A DNA stretch of 64,000 bases from an uncultured Actinomycetes bacterium (GTDB taxonomy: Bacteria; SZUA-79; Acidulodesulfobacterales; Acidulodesulfobacteraceae), in assembly GCA_964631685.1 (NCBI GenBank), contig CAZVZU010000001.1:160001-224000 (forward strand), read 5' to 3'. Each line of letters opens with the position of its first letter. Position 1 is the stretch's first letter. Below are positions 12,047 through 20,849 of this stretch, one piece after another. The position numbers were made by a program, and so were the translations under genes. A model generated the notes under the pieces. It did not search any database. It was not told the DNA's origin and saw nothing but the letters and a program-made list of their open reading frames with translations.

Positions 12047-12808
12047 ATGCCGATAAGATTCGAATGCATGAATAGTTGTATGGCCGTGATAGACATAGAC
12101 TTAGGGGGCAGAAATACCTTTAATATACCGGAAATGAACGAGTTGATTAGGATATTTAAAGAAGATATTGAAAAAGAGTTGGATTTAAGGGTCGTACTAA
12201 TAAAAAGCTCTAATCATGATTTTTTTGCAACAGGACCATCCATTAAAGAGCTTAAAACCCTTGATAAGAATGGAGCAAGATATTATATAACCGTTCTAAG
12301 TATGATGATCGAACATATCCAGAAGGCCTCTGTTCCTGTGATTTGTGTTGTTAAAGGAATAGTTACCGGTATCGGGTTTGATATTGTGTCTTCTGCCGAT
12401 TTTAGATTTGCAAGTAAAGATGCTGTTTTTGCCGATGTATCATCAAAATATGGCCTGTTATCGCCTTCATCAATAGCATTAAGGCTGAGTTTTTTAATAG
12501 GAGTTCAAAGGGCGACGGAAATTACATTGAGCGGTAAAGACTACTCAAGCGATGATTTATATAAATTTAATTATCTGACAAATGTTTTTGCCTCTGATGA
12601 AATTGACAAGAAGGTTGACGATTTCGTAAACGGGTTTAAAAAATTATCAATTGATTCTTTAAATCTTAAAAGAAGATTTTTTACAAATTTATGGAAGAAT
12701 TATTCTGAAAGTTACCAATTTCCGATAGGTGATATGTTTTCTGAACTTCTTGAAAATGGAAAAGATTGGAAGAAATCGTCATTAACTTTCGACAACGAAA
12801 GTCTATAG
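12047..12808 (+). CDS. Enoyl-CoA hydratase/isomerase (crotonase-fold) protein, divergent
   Basis: FFATGPSI, PVICVVKG.VTGIG, D.RFAS..AVF pattern. Confidence 0.75.
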   Translation: MPIRFECMNSCMAVIDIDLGGRNTFNIPEMNELIRIFKEDIEKELDLRVVLIKSSNHDFFATGPSIKELKTLDKNGARYYITVLSMMIEHIQKASVPVICVVKGIVTGIGFDIVSSADFRFASKDAVFADVSSKYGLLSPSSIALRLSFLIGVQRATEITLSGKDYSSDDLYKFNYLTNVFASDEIDKKVDDFVNGFKKLSIDSLNLKRRFFTNLWKNYSESYQFPIGDMFSELLENGKDWKKSSLTFDNESL

Positions 12809-12826
12809 CGTTATTTGCTTTTTTGC

Positions 12827-12855
12827 TTGACAATATCCCGCACATATTCTATAGT
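12827..12855 (+). promoter_or_regulatory. Putative sigma70 promoter of the ArsR gene
   Basis: TTGACA, 17-nt spacer, TATAGT. Confidence 0.6.
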
Positions 12856-12906
12856 CGGAACATACGCATAATTGTTATATCTCATATCATAAAAAATAAA
12901 TAAAAA

Positions 12907-13278
12907 ATGGAAGAGGGGCTTTGCGTCAGTGATAAGTATCTGAACAGAAAATGCAAAGAATTGGCTTATATTTTTAAGCTTTTGTCCAATTCTACGAGAT
13001 TAGGGATCTTGTGTATTGTTTGTGATGAAGAGGTTAGCGTAAATGATATATCTTCCGCCCTTGGGAAGTCCCAGTCTAACATTTCCCAGCACTTGGCCGT
13101 TTTAAGAAATACATCAATGGTCGACTATAAAAGAGACGACAATAGGCTCTTGTATTACTTGAAAAATCCCAAAATAAGACAGTTGATTAAAGATATCAAA
13201 GAGATAAAAGACACAAAGGACTTTAAGGATATAAGAATATCTGACGATATATTGCCTAAGACCAGTGATAGCCAATGA
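12907..13278 (+). CDS. ArsR/SmtB family transcriptional regulator
   Basis: FKLLSNSTRLGIL, SQSNISQHLAVLR winged-helix, YYL. Confidence 0.9.
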   Translation: MEEGLCVSDKYLNRKCKELAYIFKLLSNSTRLGILCIVCDEEVSVNDISSALGKSQSNISQHLAVLRNTSMVDYKRDDNRLLYYLKNPKIRQLIKDIKEIKDTKDFKDIRISDDILPKTSDSQ

Positions 13279-13472
13279 TAGTAATTGTTTTTCGTGTTTA
13301 AAATTCAGTTTTGCATCTTTGAAAGCATATTCTGTGTAAATCTTCTTCTTATGCCGCGCAACAGCCTCTATTACGGGCTATGACATTTTAGACTTATCCT
13401 TGTTAATCAAAAAAAATTATAGTATTATACAAGCTGGATTGTTTAAAATTTATATACCATTAAGGAGGAATA

Positions 13473-13916
13473 TTGATTATGAAGACTATCAATGGATGTG
13501 ATGTTCCTGAAGATTTGTACTACAGCGTTGAAAAACATGTGTGGGGAAAGATTGAATCCGATGGAATGGTTACTATGGGAATGACGAGCGTAGCTCAGGG
13601 ATTAGCAGGTAAACTTCTTTATATTACACCAAAAAAGATAGGGCGTAAAGTTGCTCAATTAAAATCAGTTGCAACTGTCGAAAGCGGTAAGTATGTCGGG
13701 CCCGTCCCCGCCCCATTTTCTGGTGAAATTACCACTATAAACGAAGATGTAATTCAAAATGTATCCATTATAAATACTGATCCTTACGGAAAGGGATGGG
13801 TTTGTAAAATAAAACCGGATAATATTGAAACAGATAAGAAAAATCTTCTTACTGGAAAAGACGCTGTGGATGCATACAAAAAAAAGATAGAAGCCGATGG
13901 CATTAAATGCGAGTAA
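13473..13916 (+). CDS. lbpA: Lipoate-binding protein LbpA (GcvH-like)
   Basis: Lipoyl-Lys in VESGKYVG; N-terminal Cys (GCDVPEDLYY) and C-terminal Cys (IKCE); NTDPYGKGW; RBS AAGGAGG (start TTG 13473 or ATG 13479). Confidence 0.85.
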   Translation: MIMKTINGCDVPEDLYYSVEKHVWGKIESDGMVTMGMTSVAQGLAGKLLYITPKKIGRKVAQLKSVATVESGKYVGPVPAPFSGEITTINEDVIQNVSIINTDPYGKGWVCKIKPDNIETDKKNLLTGKDAVDAYKKKIEADGIKCE

Positions 13917-13949
13917 CATTGTAAATACAAGATTGGGGGAGGATAACAA

Positions 13950-14396
13950 ATGACGCTTTTTAATGAATGCAATATTCCTGAAGATTTGTACTACGATATT
14001 GAAAATCAGGTATGGGGCAGAAAAAACGATGACGGAACTTTCACATTTGGCATGACTGATCCTGCCCAATCTTTGGCTGGAAGAATTCTTTATGCTGACG
14101 TGAAAGCTGTAGGAAAAATTGTAAAAAAAGGTAAAAGTGCAGCTACAATTGAAAGTGGAAAATATGTTGGTCCGTTTCCGATGCCCTTTGCGGGGGAAAT
14201 AGTTGAGGTAAATAGTGAATTAGAAAATGATTCTCATGTAATCAATACGGATCCATACGGAAAAGGCTGGATAGTTAAGTTAAAACCTATTCAGGAGTCG
14301 CTGTCCGATACAAATTCCCTTGTAACAGGTGAAGAGGCTGTCAATGCTTATATAAATAAACTAAGGGAAGAAGATATAATCTGCAAAAAGAGATAA
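13950..14396 (+). CDS. lbpA: Lipoate-binding protein LbpA, second paralogue
   Basis: IESGKYVG, ECNIPEDLYY, C-terminal IICKKR, NTDPYGKGW. Confidence 0.85.
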   Translation: MTLFNECNIPEDLYYDIENQVWGRKNDDGTFTFGMTDPAQSLAGRILYADVKAVGKIVKKGKSAATIESGKYVGPFPMPFAGEIVEVNSELENDSHVINTDPYGKGWIVKLKPIQESLSDTNSLVTGEEAVNAYINKLREEDIICKKR

Positions 14397-14402
14397 ATCT
14401 AC

Positions 14403-15404
14403 ATGAGCTTTTATGAATTTGACCATAATTTAAATGCAGAATATTTAGAGGGTTTTAAGATAAGGGGTACGAACTTTGATTCCGAGATACATTTTTATGC
14501 CCCAAGCATAAAGTCGTACGAAACCGAAGATTTTAAAAACAATAAGTCGAACTCATTTCTTCCATTTTCCATTACAGGGGAATCGTGTTCCTTAAAGTGC
14601 GAGCATTGCAATGCTGAAATTTTAAAGTCCATGGCTCCGGTCGTCACGCCGGAAAGCCTTTATGAAAAAGCACGTTCTATACATAAATCCAAAGGAAGTG
14701 GGTTTCTATTGAGTGGTGGCTCCAATAGCAAGGGGATAGTCGATATTCTTCCTTATATAGGTATCATAAAAAAGATAAAATTAGACTTTAATCTTAAAAT
14801 TATAGTTCATTGTGGGTTATTAACAGAAGACATAGCGGACGGACTTTATAACGCTGGCGTGGATTCTGCTATGTTGGATATCATAGGCGACGAAGATACC
14901 ATTCATAAGGTGTACCATCTTAATGCGACGGTTGGCGACTACGAAAGTTCCCTGCGATTTTTATCGGAAAGAGGTATTCCTTGTTCTCCTCATGTTGTTA
15001 TCGGATTAAAGCATGGCAAGATTGTCGGAGAGTACAATGCGATAGATATCATATCACGTTACAATATTTCATCCCTTGTCTTAGTGGGTTTTATGCCCAT
15101 GCAGAATACAAAAATGGAAAATACTATTCCACCGCAACCCGAAGAAATTGGAGATATTTTTCTGTATGCCCGCAAAAAATTTCTTGATACTCCCATTTTA
15201 TTAGGATGCGAGAGACCTTACGGTTTAAGCAAGTTTAAAATAGAAGAGCTAGCAGTTAAAGCCGGACTAAACGGCATAGCTTATCCTTCCGAAGGTGTTA
15301 TACCTTTTAGTGTAAGCTTGGGATTAAAGCCTAAATTGTCTGCGGTTTGTTGTTCTTTGATTTTTTCAGAAATGGCTTTGGCTACTGTTCGACTGGGAAA
15401 TTAA
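14403..15404 (+). CDS. lipS1: Radical SAM lipoyl synthase component LipS1
   Basis: SITGESCSLKCEHC (CX3CX2C), LLSGG, PHVVIG, LGCERP, C-terminal CC; next to lbpA and the ligase. Confidence 0.8.
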   Translation: MSFYEFDHNLNAEYLEGFKIRGTNFDSEIHFYAPSIKSYETEDFKNNKSNSFLPFSITGESCSLKCEHCNAEILKSMAPVVTPESLYEKARSIHKSKGSGFLLSGGSNSKGIVDILPYIGIIKKIKLDFNLKIIVHCGLLTEDIADGLYNAGVDSAMLDIIGDEDTIHKVYHLNATVGDYESSLRFLSERGIPCSPHVVIGLKHGKIVGEYNAIDIISRYNISSLVLVGFMPMQNTKMENTIPPQPEEIGDIFLYARKKFLDTPILLGCERPYGLSKFKIEELAVKAGLNGIAYPSEGVIPFSVSLGLKPKLSAVCCSLIFSEMALATVRLGN

Positions 15405-15408
15405 AAAA

Positions 15409-16956
15409 ATGTTCAGGATAATAGACACCGGGGTTAAAGATTTTTCGTTCAATATATGTATAGATAAAGCCCTTGTAGAATTAAGAAAAAAAGAGATAAT
15501 TCCGGACACCTTGCGTTTCTTAGTTTTTGAGCCCTGTGCTTTAGTGGGTTACCACCAATCCGTTTTTAGCGAAATAAGGGAGGACTATTGCAAGGACAAC
15601 GATATTGCAATTGGCAGAAGAATTACCGGGGGTGGGGCTATATATTGCGATGATTTGCAACTCGGCTGGGAGCTTGTTTTTTCTTCAAAAAGCATAAAAA
15701 TAGGCAGTCTCGAAAAACTTACGGAAAACGTATGTCATGCCTTTACTAAGGGAATTAGAAGACTTGGTATTAATGCAAGGTTTAGGGCAAGGAACGACAT
15801 AGAGGTAGACGGCAGAAAAATTTCCGGAACAGGCGGAACCTATGAATCGTCCGTTTATTTTTTTCAAGGGACTCTACTTTTAGACTTTAATCTCAAACAT
15901 ATGATCAAGTCTCTCAAAATTCCAGTTGAGAAATTGACTTCAAAAAATCTAGATTCTATACTTTCGAGGGTAACGTCCATTAAAAGTCTGCTTGGTTACA
16001 TTCCTGAGATGGATATAATTAAATCTGCAATTATTTCCGGGTTTGAGGAATATTTAAATCTTGATTTTTATAAGGGTAATATATCTAAAGAGGAGCTTGG
16101 ATTTTTAAAAAATAACCGTCCATATTATGCTTCAAATGACTGGGTTTATTTGAATGAATTTGATCCCGTTGAAACAAAAATGATTTCGGATATTTATAAA
16201 TGTAACGGTGGGATTTTTAAAACATATGCGAGGGTTGATAAAAAGCGTGATTTGTTAAAATATATTTACTTTACGGGTGATTATTTTGTGTCACCGACGA
16301 GGGCGATATCTGATCTGGAGTGTTACCTTAAAGACTCTTTTTTTGACGATATGCTACTTAAAATAGATGACTATTTTAAGAAATTCAAGCCAGAATTTCA
16401 AAATGTAAAAAAAGAAGATTTTTTTGATATCGCCAACCGAATAATAAACAAAGTTAATTTCTCTAAAAATATCGATATAGATGAAGCGGAATTGTCAAGG
16501 TGTATTTTTATAAACGGTATGAAGCCGGGTGATATTTCCGGTGTCCAATTTATTCTTTTGCCTTATTGTTCTAAAAAGATAGGATGCGAATATAGGAATG
16601 CTGATTATTGCGCTTCCTGCGGTGAATGTGAAACTGGGTTCGCTTATGAATTTGCCAAAAAATACAACATTCAGCCAAAGACGATAATAAATTATGAAAA
16701 TTTAGTTGAAACATTGGCTGAACTTAAGGATAAAAACATCAAATCGTACATAGGATTTTGCTGTAAGGAATTTTATATTAAAAGAAACATCGCATTTAAA
16801 GAAAGCGGTATAAAGGCACTGCTAATAGACATATCATCGCCGTTGTGCTATCGTTATGACAAGGTAGAGGACGCGTTCAAGGGAAAATTTAATAAGAAGA
16901 CAGACCTCGGCGTTAATATCTTGAAAAGTTTAAAAAATTATATGAATGATGCGTAA
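15409..16956 (+). CDS. Lipoate:protein ligase sLpl(AB) with Cys-rich (DUF116-like) C-terminal domain
   Basis: RRITGGGAIY, NDIEVDGRKISGTGG, QGTLL, TGDYF; C-terminal LPYC..C..CxxCxxC and GFCC. Confidence 0.85.
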   Translation: MFRIIDTGVKDFSFNICIDKALVELRKKEIIPDTLRFLVFEPCALVGYHQSVFSEIREDYCKDNDIAIGRRITGGGAIYCDDLQLGWELVFSSKSIKIGSLEKLTENVCHAFTKGIRRLGINARFRARNDIEVDGRKISGTGGTYESSVYFFQGTLLLDFNLKHMIKSLKIPVEKLTSKNLDSILSRVTSIKSLLGYIPEMDIIKSAIISGFEEYLNLDFYKGNISKEELGFLKNNRPYYASNDWVYLNEFDPVETKMISDIYKCNGGIFKTYARVDKKRDLLKYIYFTGDYFVSPTRAISDLECYLKDSFFDDMLLKIDDYFKKFKPEFQNVKKEDFFDIANRIINKVNFSKNIDIDEAELSRCIFINGMKPGDISGVQFILLPYCSKKIGCEYRNADYCASCGECETGFAYEFAKKYNIQPKTIINYENLVETLAELKDKNIKSYIGFCCKEFYIKRNIAFKESGIKALLIDISSPLCYRYDKVEDAFKGKFNKKTDLGVNILKSLKNYMNDA

Positions 16957-16969
16957 TAGGAGGCATATA

Positions 16970-18055
16970 ATGAACGACAATATATCGGCAGTTAGCAATG
17001 CGGACGATTACGAAAATGCGGCTAGTTCCGAAAATTCTCCTGACTACCTAAAGGTTAGTCTTGCTGCCGCAATGACGCTTGGTTTTGTTCCCGGAGTGTT
17101 TTATCGGAATGCATGTCTTCATTGCGTAAATGTATTGCTTGTTTACGATGATGGATGCAGGGCTAATTGTGCATATTGCGGCCTTCAAAAGTCAAGAGCG
17201 GGTAAATATAACGAAAAAAGCTTCATTAGAGTGGATTGGCCGGTTTTTAAGACAGACGATATTATTAATTTTACTCTCAAGAATAAAGAGACGGTGCATA
17301 GGATTTGTATCTCCATGATAACGCACGAAATGGCTAAAGAAGATACGTTCAGCATACTAAAAAGATTTGCAGACAAACTGCATTGCCCTGTTTCAATATT
17401 AATGACGCCAACGATATTGAAACATGAGGATATAGATAGGTTTAAAAGATACGGGGCGGATATTGTAACCGTAGCATTAGATGCCGCAACACCGGAGCTT
17501 TTTGATAGGTATCGGGGTAGAGGGGTCAATGGTCCTCATAGGTGGGAAAAGTATAATGATATTTTAAATTATTCGGTTTCCGTTTTTGGCAAGAATAAGG
17601 TAGGGTGCCATTTGGTTGTTGGTTTAGGTGAAACAGAAAAAGAAATGATACACAGGATTCAAGCCATTCGCGATAAGGGTGCAAGGTCTCATCTTTTTTC
17701 CTTTTATAGGGAAACCGGTTCCAGATTGGAGAGTCATCCACAATGTCCGCCAGGGCAATTCAGGCGTGTTCAGGTTGCAAGACATGTCATAGACTACGAC
17801 ATGGGGAGGGTGAAAGATATGGAATTTGATGATAGTGGTAGGGTTATAGATTTTGGTATTCCTTTTAAGGATGTGGCTGAGATTATAGAAAACGGAACAG
17901 CTTTTCAAACCACAGGCTGTCCTGGTAAAACCGAAATATCTGCTTGCAACAGACCTTTTGGAGATTCTTCTCCAAAAAATATCAGGAGTTTTCCGTTTAA
18001 ATTAAATGCGACAGATATAGCGAGGGTTAGAAAAGAACTCTTGAGATATAATTAA
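16970..18055 (+). CDS. lipS2: Radical SAM lipoyl synthase component LipS2
   Basis: CRANCAYC, HLVVGLGETE, TTGCPG...CNRPF; start placed at ATG 16970 after AGGAGG (ORF track 16946). Confidence 0.8.
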   Translation: MNDNISAVSNADDYENAASSENSPDYLKVSLAAAMTLGFVPGVFYRNACLHCVNVLLVYDDGCRANCAYCGLQKSRAGKYNEKSFIRVDWPVFKTDDIINFTLKNKETVHRICISMITHEMAKEDTFSILKRFADKLHCPVSILMTPTILKHEDIDRFKRYGADIVTVALDAATPELFDRYRGRGVNGPHRWEKYNDILNYSVSVFGKNKVGCHLVVGLGETEKEMIHRIQAIRDKGARSHLFSFYRETGSRLESHPQCPPGQFRRVQVARHVIDYDMGRVKDMEFDDSGRVIDFGIPFKDVAEIIENGTAFQTTGCPGKTEISACNRPFGDSSPKNIRSFPFKLNATDIARVRKELLRYN

Positions 18056-18088
18056 ACTGATGTAAATAAATCAGGGGGGTGCAGCGCA

Positions 18089-18544
18089 TTGTCGGAAACA
18101 GAAACCGTCAAGGTAAAGGTAATACATGCTAATAATTTGCAAAATCAGATTATAACTAAAGGTTACACTATCATGACGGATGAACCTAAAGAGTCGGGTG
18201 GAGACGAGTTGGCGCCCAATCCAATAGAACTTTTATTGGGTGCCGAGGGTGCATGTACTATCTCTGTCATAATGATGTTTGCAAAAAGGATGAAATATAA
18301 CCTGAAGGGCGTTGAAATAAACTTGATCTATAAAAGAGTCAAAGCATCAGGCGTAAATATTGATAATGAAAAGGGCTATGTCCATAAAATAGAAAAAAAC
18401 ATAAAATTTATAGGCAACCTTGACGACGACGCAATAGGGGAATTGCAGGGAGTTTCAAAAAGATGTCCTGTTCATAATATAATAGCAAAACGTTCATATT
18501 TCGATATTTCCTTCGAATATAGCAACGTGTCTGTGAGTAAGTAA
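18089..18544 (+). CDS. OsmC/Ohr family protein
   Basis: DEP..GG...PNP.ELLL.A.GAC and RCPVH two-Cys pattern. Confidence 0.85.
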   Translation: MSETETVKVKVIHANNLQNQIITKGYTIMTDEPKESGGDELAPNPIELLLGAEGACTISVIMMFAKRMKYNLKGVEINLIYKRVKASGVNIDNEKGYVHKIEKNIKFIGNLDDDAIGELQGVSKRCPVHNIIAKRSYFDISFEYSNVSVSK

Positions 18545-18576
18545 TTGACTGAATTTAATGGAGATATAAAAATATT

Positions 18577-19188
18577 ATGCATAAATTTGATGTTAGGAAA
18601 CACAAAAGGCTTAACTCAGAGGAAAGGTACAGACTTATGCCGCCGGAGCCCTTTGTGAAAGAAGTAGAAAAAGAGGCATTAGCTCATTTAGATGACGGAG
18701 AGGTGGCAACCATTGCAGATTTGGGCTGCGGTAGCGGTTTTTTTTCATTGCCCTTAATGAAGAGGCTTAAGAACAAAAACATTCTTCTCATTGCTATGGA
18801 CGTAAACGAAGAGATGCTAAGTATATTTGACGGGAACCTTAAAAAGGAGTCCGAAGAAAACTCTCTCAACGTTAAATCCCTTAAATGCGAAGAGTACTCT
18901 GTGCCTTTATCGGATTGTTCGATCAATATTCTCATATTGGCAAATGTTTTTCATGAAATTGAAGACAAACTGACCTATCTTCAGGAAATCAAAAGGGTCT
19001 TAATGGATGGCGGAAGTTTTTTTCTTTTGGATTGGAAAAAAGAGGATTTAAATCCGGTAATGGGACCGCCTTTACGTGAAAGGGTTGCAAACGAGTATGC
19101 CGTTAAATTGTTAAATGATGCCGGTTTTAGCGATATAAAAACAATTCCGCTTTACTCTTCATCTTTTGTTATAGTTTCTAAAAAGTGA
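18577..19188 (+). CDS. Class I SAM-dependent methyltransferase
   Basis: ADLGCGSGFF, VFHEI, LDW...GPP. Confidence 0.88.
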   Translation: MHKFDVRKHKRLNSEERYRLMPPEPFVKEVEKEALAHLDDGEVATIADLGCGSGFFSLPLMKRLKNKNILLIAMDVNEEMLSIFDGNLKKESEENSLNVKSLKCEEYSVPLSDCSINILILANVFHEIEDKLTYLQEIKRVLMDGGSFFLLDWKKEDLNPVMGPPLRERVANEYAVKLLNDAGFSDIKTIPLYSSSFVIVSKK

Positions 19189-19221
19189 CGATAAAGGCTA
19201 AAAAAATTATATAATATTTGT

Positions 19222-20769
19222 GTGGATAAATTCAGTTCTCTTTTTTTAATTAAAATAGTCGAGACGGTAAATAATTTCAACCTTTTATCGTATGGGGACA
19301 GGGTTATAGTTGCTGTTAGTGGCGGGGTAGATTCCACCGTCTTGCTTTATTCTCTGTATGAATTAAGGCACTATTTTGGAATAAATCTGGCATGTGCATC
19401 ATTTGATCATGGGATAAGGGCTTCTTCAGGCGAAGATATCAAGTTCACGGCTGATTTATGTAAAAAATTTTCCATTCCGTTTTATACGCGGCGAGTCAAT
19501 GTTAAGGCTTACGCGCGGGATCTGGCATTAAATCTTGAAGAATCTGCAAGAATTTTAAGATATAATTTTCTGATGGAATCGGCTACGGATTTTGCCGCAG
19601 AAAAAATTGCAACTGCTCATCATTCGGATGATTTTGCCGAAAATTTCATTATGCGGCTAATTACGGGTGGGGGAAGTGGCGCTATAGCCGGAATTCCTGT
19701 AAAAAATAATATCGTTGTAAGGCCATTCATAAGGCATACCAAGGATGAAATTATTAATTTCGCATCCTGCAATTCTATAAAATATAAAGAGGACTATACG
19801 AATTATGACACTAAGATTTTTAGAAATTTTGTAAGATTAAATATAATTCCCCAGTTTAAGAGGCATAATAAATCATTTTTAAGGACAGTCTATAATACAT
19901 CAGCAATTTTAAGGAGCGATGATGAGTTTATAAACGATGCTGCAGAAAATTTATTCAATAATATTTCTCAACTATTTTTTGATCATTCACTTGCTTCAAC
20001 GCAGAGGGTATCAAGGATTGTTTTTAACAGAAACGATCTTGCAAATACACATCAAGCTTTGTTGTACAGATTATTGAAAATTTCTCTTCTTTCCCTAATG
20101 AAGTCCGATAATAATATAAATGATGGCGTGGCTTTTTTAAAAAAGACGGTAATTTCATATTCTCATTTTAAGTCTTTTATGGCACTGGTGAGAAGCAAAA
20201 AACCTAATATGTGTTTAGATATAAAACGACTGATATCAATAAGACGGGAATACGACAAGATTTATATTGAGCCGTTCGCATTGATGAATAAATTAAGTTT
20301 TAAATCATTTTATTTTGATCTTACTGGAGCAAATGGCAAGGAAACGGTGTATAAATATAAATTAAACGATTTGGATATAATGAAATATGCAAAGCATAAG
20401 GAAATTGCTAAAATAGAAATAAAAGAATTAGGTAAATCTTTTTTTATCAAAAGATTAAAAGATGGTGTATTTAAAAAAAAAGTTGCATCCATTCATCCTA
20501 ATGTTGCCTATTTTGATTTTGAAAGGCTCAATCTACCTATTACGATAAGGACTTTTAGGGATGGGGATGTATTTATGCCGCTAGGCCTGGGCGGACACAA
20601 AAAGGTAAAGAGTTATTATATCGACAAAAAGGTTCCGGCAAAAATGAGAAAAATTATTCCTATTATTCTGTTTAAAAACGAAATAGTATGGCTAAGCCTA
20701 AACTCTATAAGCGAAAGCATAAAAATAACCGAAGCTACCAAACATGTGGGTATAATGTATATCAAGTGA
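19222..20769 (+). CDS. tilS: tRNA(Ile)-lysidine synthase
   Basis: SGGVDS PP-loop, EESARILRY, TAHHSDD, RPF, D.TN, RNFVR; precedes ftsH. Confidence 0.93.
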   Translation: MDKFSSLFLIKIVETVNNFNLLSYGDRVIVAVSGGVDSTVLLYSLYELRHYFGINLACASFDHGIRASSGEDIKFTADLCKKFSIPFYTRRVNVKAYARDLALNLEESARILRYNFLMESATDFAAEKIATAHHSDDFAENFIMRLITGGGSGAIAGIPVKNNIVVRPFIRHTKDEIINFASCNSIKYKEDYTNYDTKIFRNFVRLNIIPQFKRHNKSFLRTVYNTSAILRSDDEFINDAAENLFNNISQLFFDHSLASTQRVSRIVFNRNDLANTHQALLYRLLKISLLSLMKSDNNINDGVAFLKKTVISYSHFKSFMALVRSKKPNMCLDIKRLISIRREYDKIYIEPFALMNKLSFKSFYFDLTGANGKETVYKYKLNDLDIMKYAKHKEIAKIEIKELGKSFFIKRLKDGVFKKKVASIHPNVAYFDFERLNLPITIRTFRDGDVFMPLGLGGHKKVKSYYIDKKVPAKMRKIIPIILFKNEIVWLSLNSISESIKITEATKHVGIMYIK

Positions 20770-20849
20770 AGTTGTAAATAGTTATTGAAAAAAATATATA
20801 AATATGACATAGTTATAGTACTTAAAAGTTCAAGGAGGATAAACCGATT

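Noticed and set aside
7578..12890. Shared ArsR operator at the RND and arsR promoters
   Set aside because: Only weak AT-rich ATA...TAT symmetry, not distinguishable from background.
13473..14396. Calling the two H-protein-like genes gcvH
   Set aside because: The ESGK motif, paired terminal Cys and lipS1/lipS2 context fit LbpA, and no gcvT/gcvP is nearby.
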